Of a DNA stretch of 36,034 nucleotides, positions 35,833-36,034 are shown one piece after another (the stretch's first letter is position 1; each line of letters opens with the position of its first letter). The stretch is from Paraglomus brasilianum. Lineage: Eukaryota. The stretch covers positions 1-36,034 of the forward strand of contig CAJVPI010000306.1 of the NCBI GenBank assembly GCA_910592345.1. The letters are read 5' to 3'. Below the pieces are notes generated by a model. That model was not told the origin of the DNA. It did no database searches and saw only the letters and a program-made list of their open reading frames with translations. The position numbers and the translations under genes were made by a program.

Positions 35833-36034
35833 AAGTGGTCTAAAACTTCCCTATTTAGCTCGAAAGTACTGTAAACTTTTATCTTTTGGTCATAGAAATT
35901 GTCTATTTGGCTCGAATTTTACTTTGATTTCTATATACATTTATTTTATCCGACACAAAAAACCCCCTCGGTACAAATAGAATTTATTTATTTTTCAACA
36001 TCTACTTCAACCTCAATCAGGCTGGATACTGATA

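Noticed and set aside
1..36034. tRNA, rRNA or other structured ncRNA genes
   Set aside because: None recognised by eye. tRNAscan-SE or Infernal would be needed to exclude them.

Overview
Eukaryotic, intron-containing, AT-rich fungal DNA. The gene families (MATA-type HMG box, expanded tyrosine-kinase-like kinase, D5-like helicase-primase domain, divergent Argonaute) suggest an arbuscular mycorrhizal fungus (Glomeromycotina); this is an inference. Apparently intact genes: a 2-exon HMG-box gene, a TKL protein kinase, a 5-exon SF3B5 gene not resolved by the ORF track, a 3-exon Argonaute with a complete DEDH tetrad, a 9-exon eIF2B-alpha and a multi-exon eIF3b. They are interspersed with transposon debris: pogo/Tigger-like remnants, TA-flanked MITEs, a MITE with a 7-bp TSD, a DDE transposase fragment and a LINE 3' end. 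There are also pseudogenes (vWA5/VIT-like repeat, kinase-like, DOT1-like methyltransferase). The most notable unexplained structures are: (i) a stand-alone D5-type primase-helicase C-terminal (winged-helix-like) ORF next to an origin-like array of nine TAGGAC/GTCCTA hexamers flanking an AT-rich spacer; (ii) a decayed DOT1-like methyltransferase fragment between two pogo transposase remnants; (iii) two sharply bounded CpG-depleted blocks over old transposons; (iv) a young, highly structured MITE carrying two telomere-type repeats. All exon models and homology calls come from manual reading without database searches.
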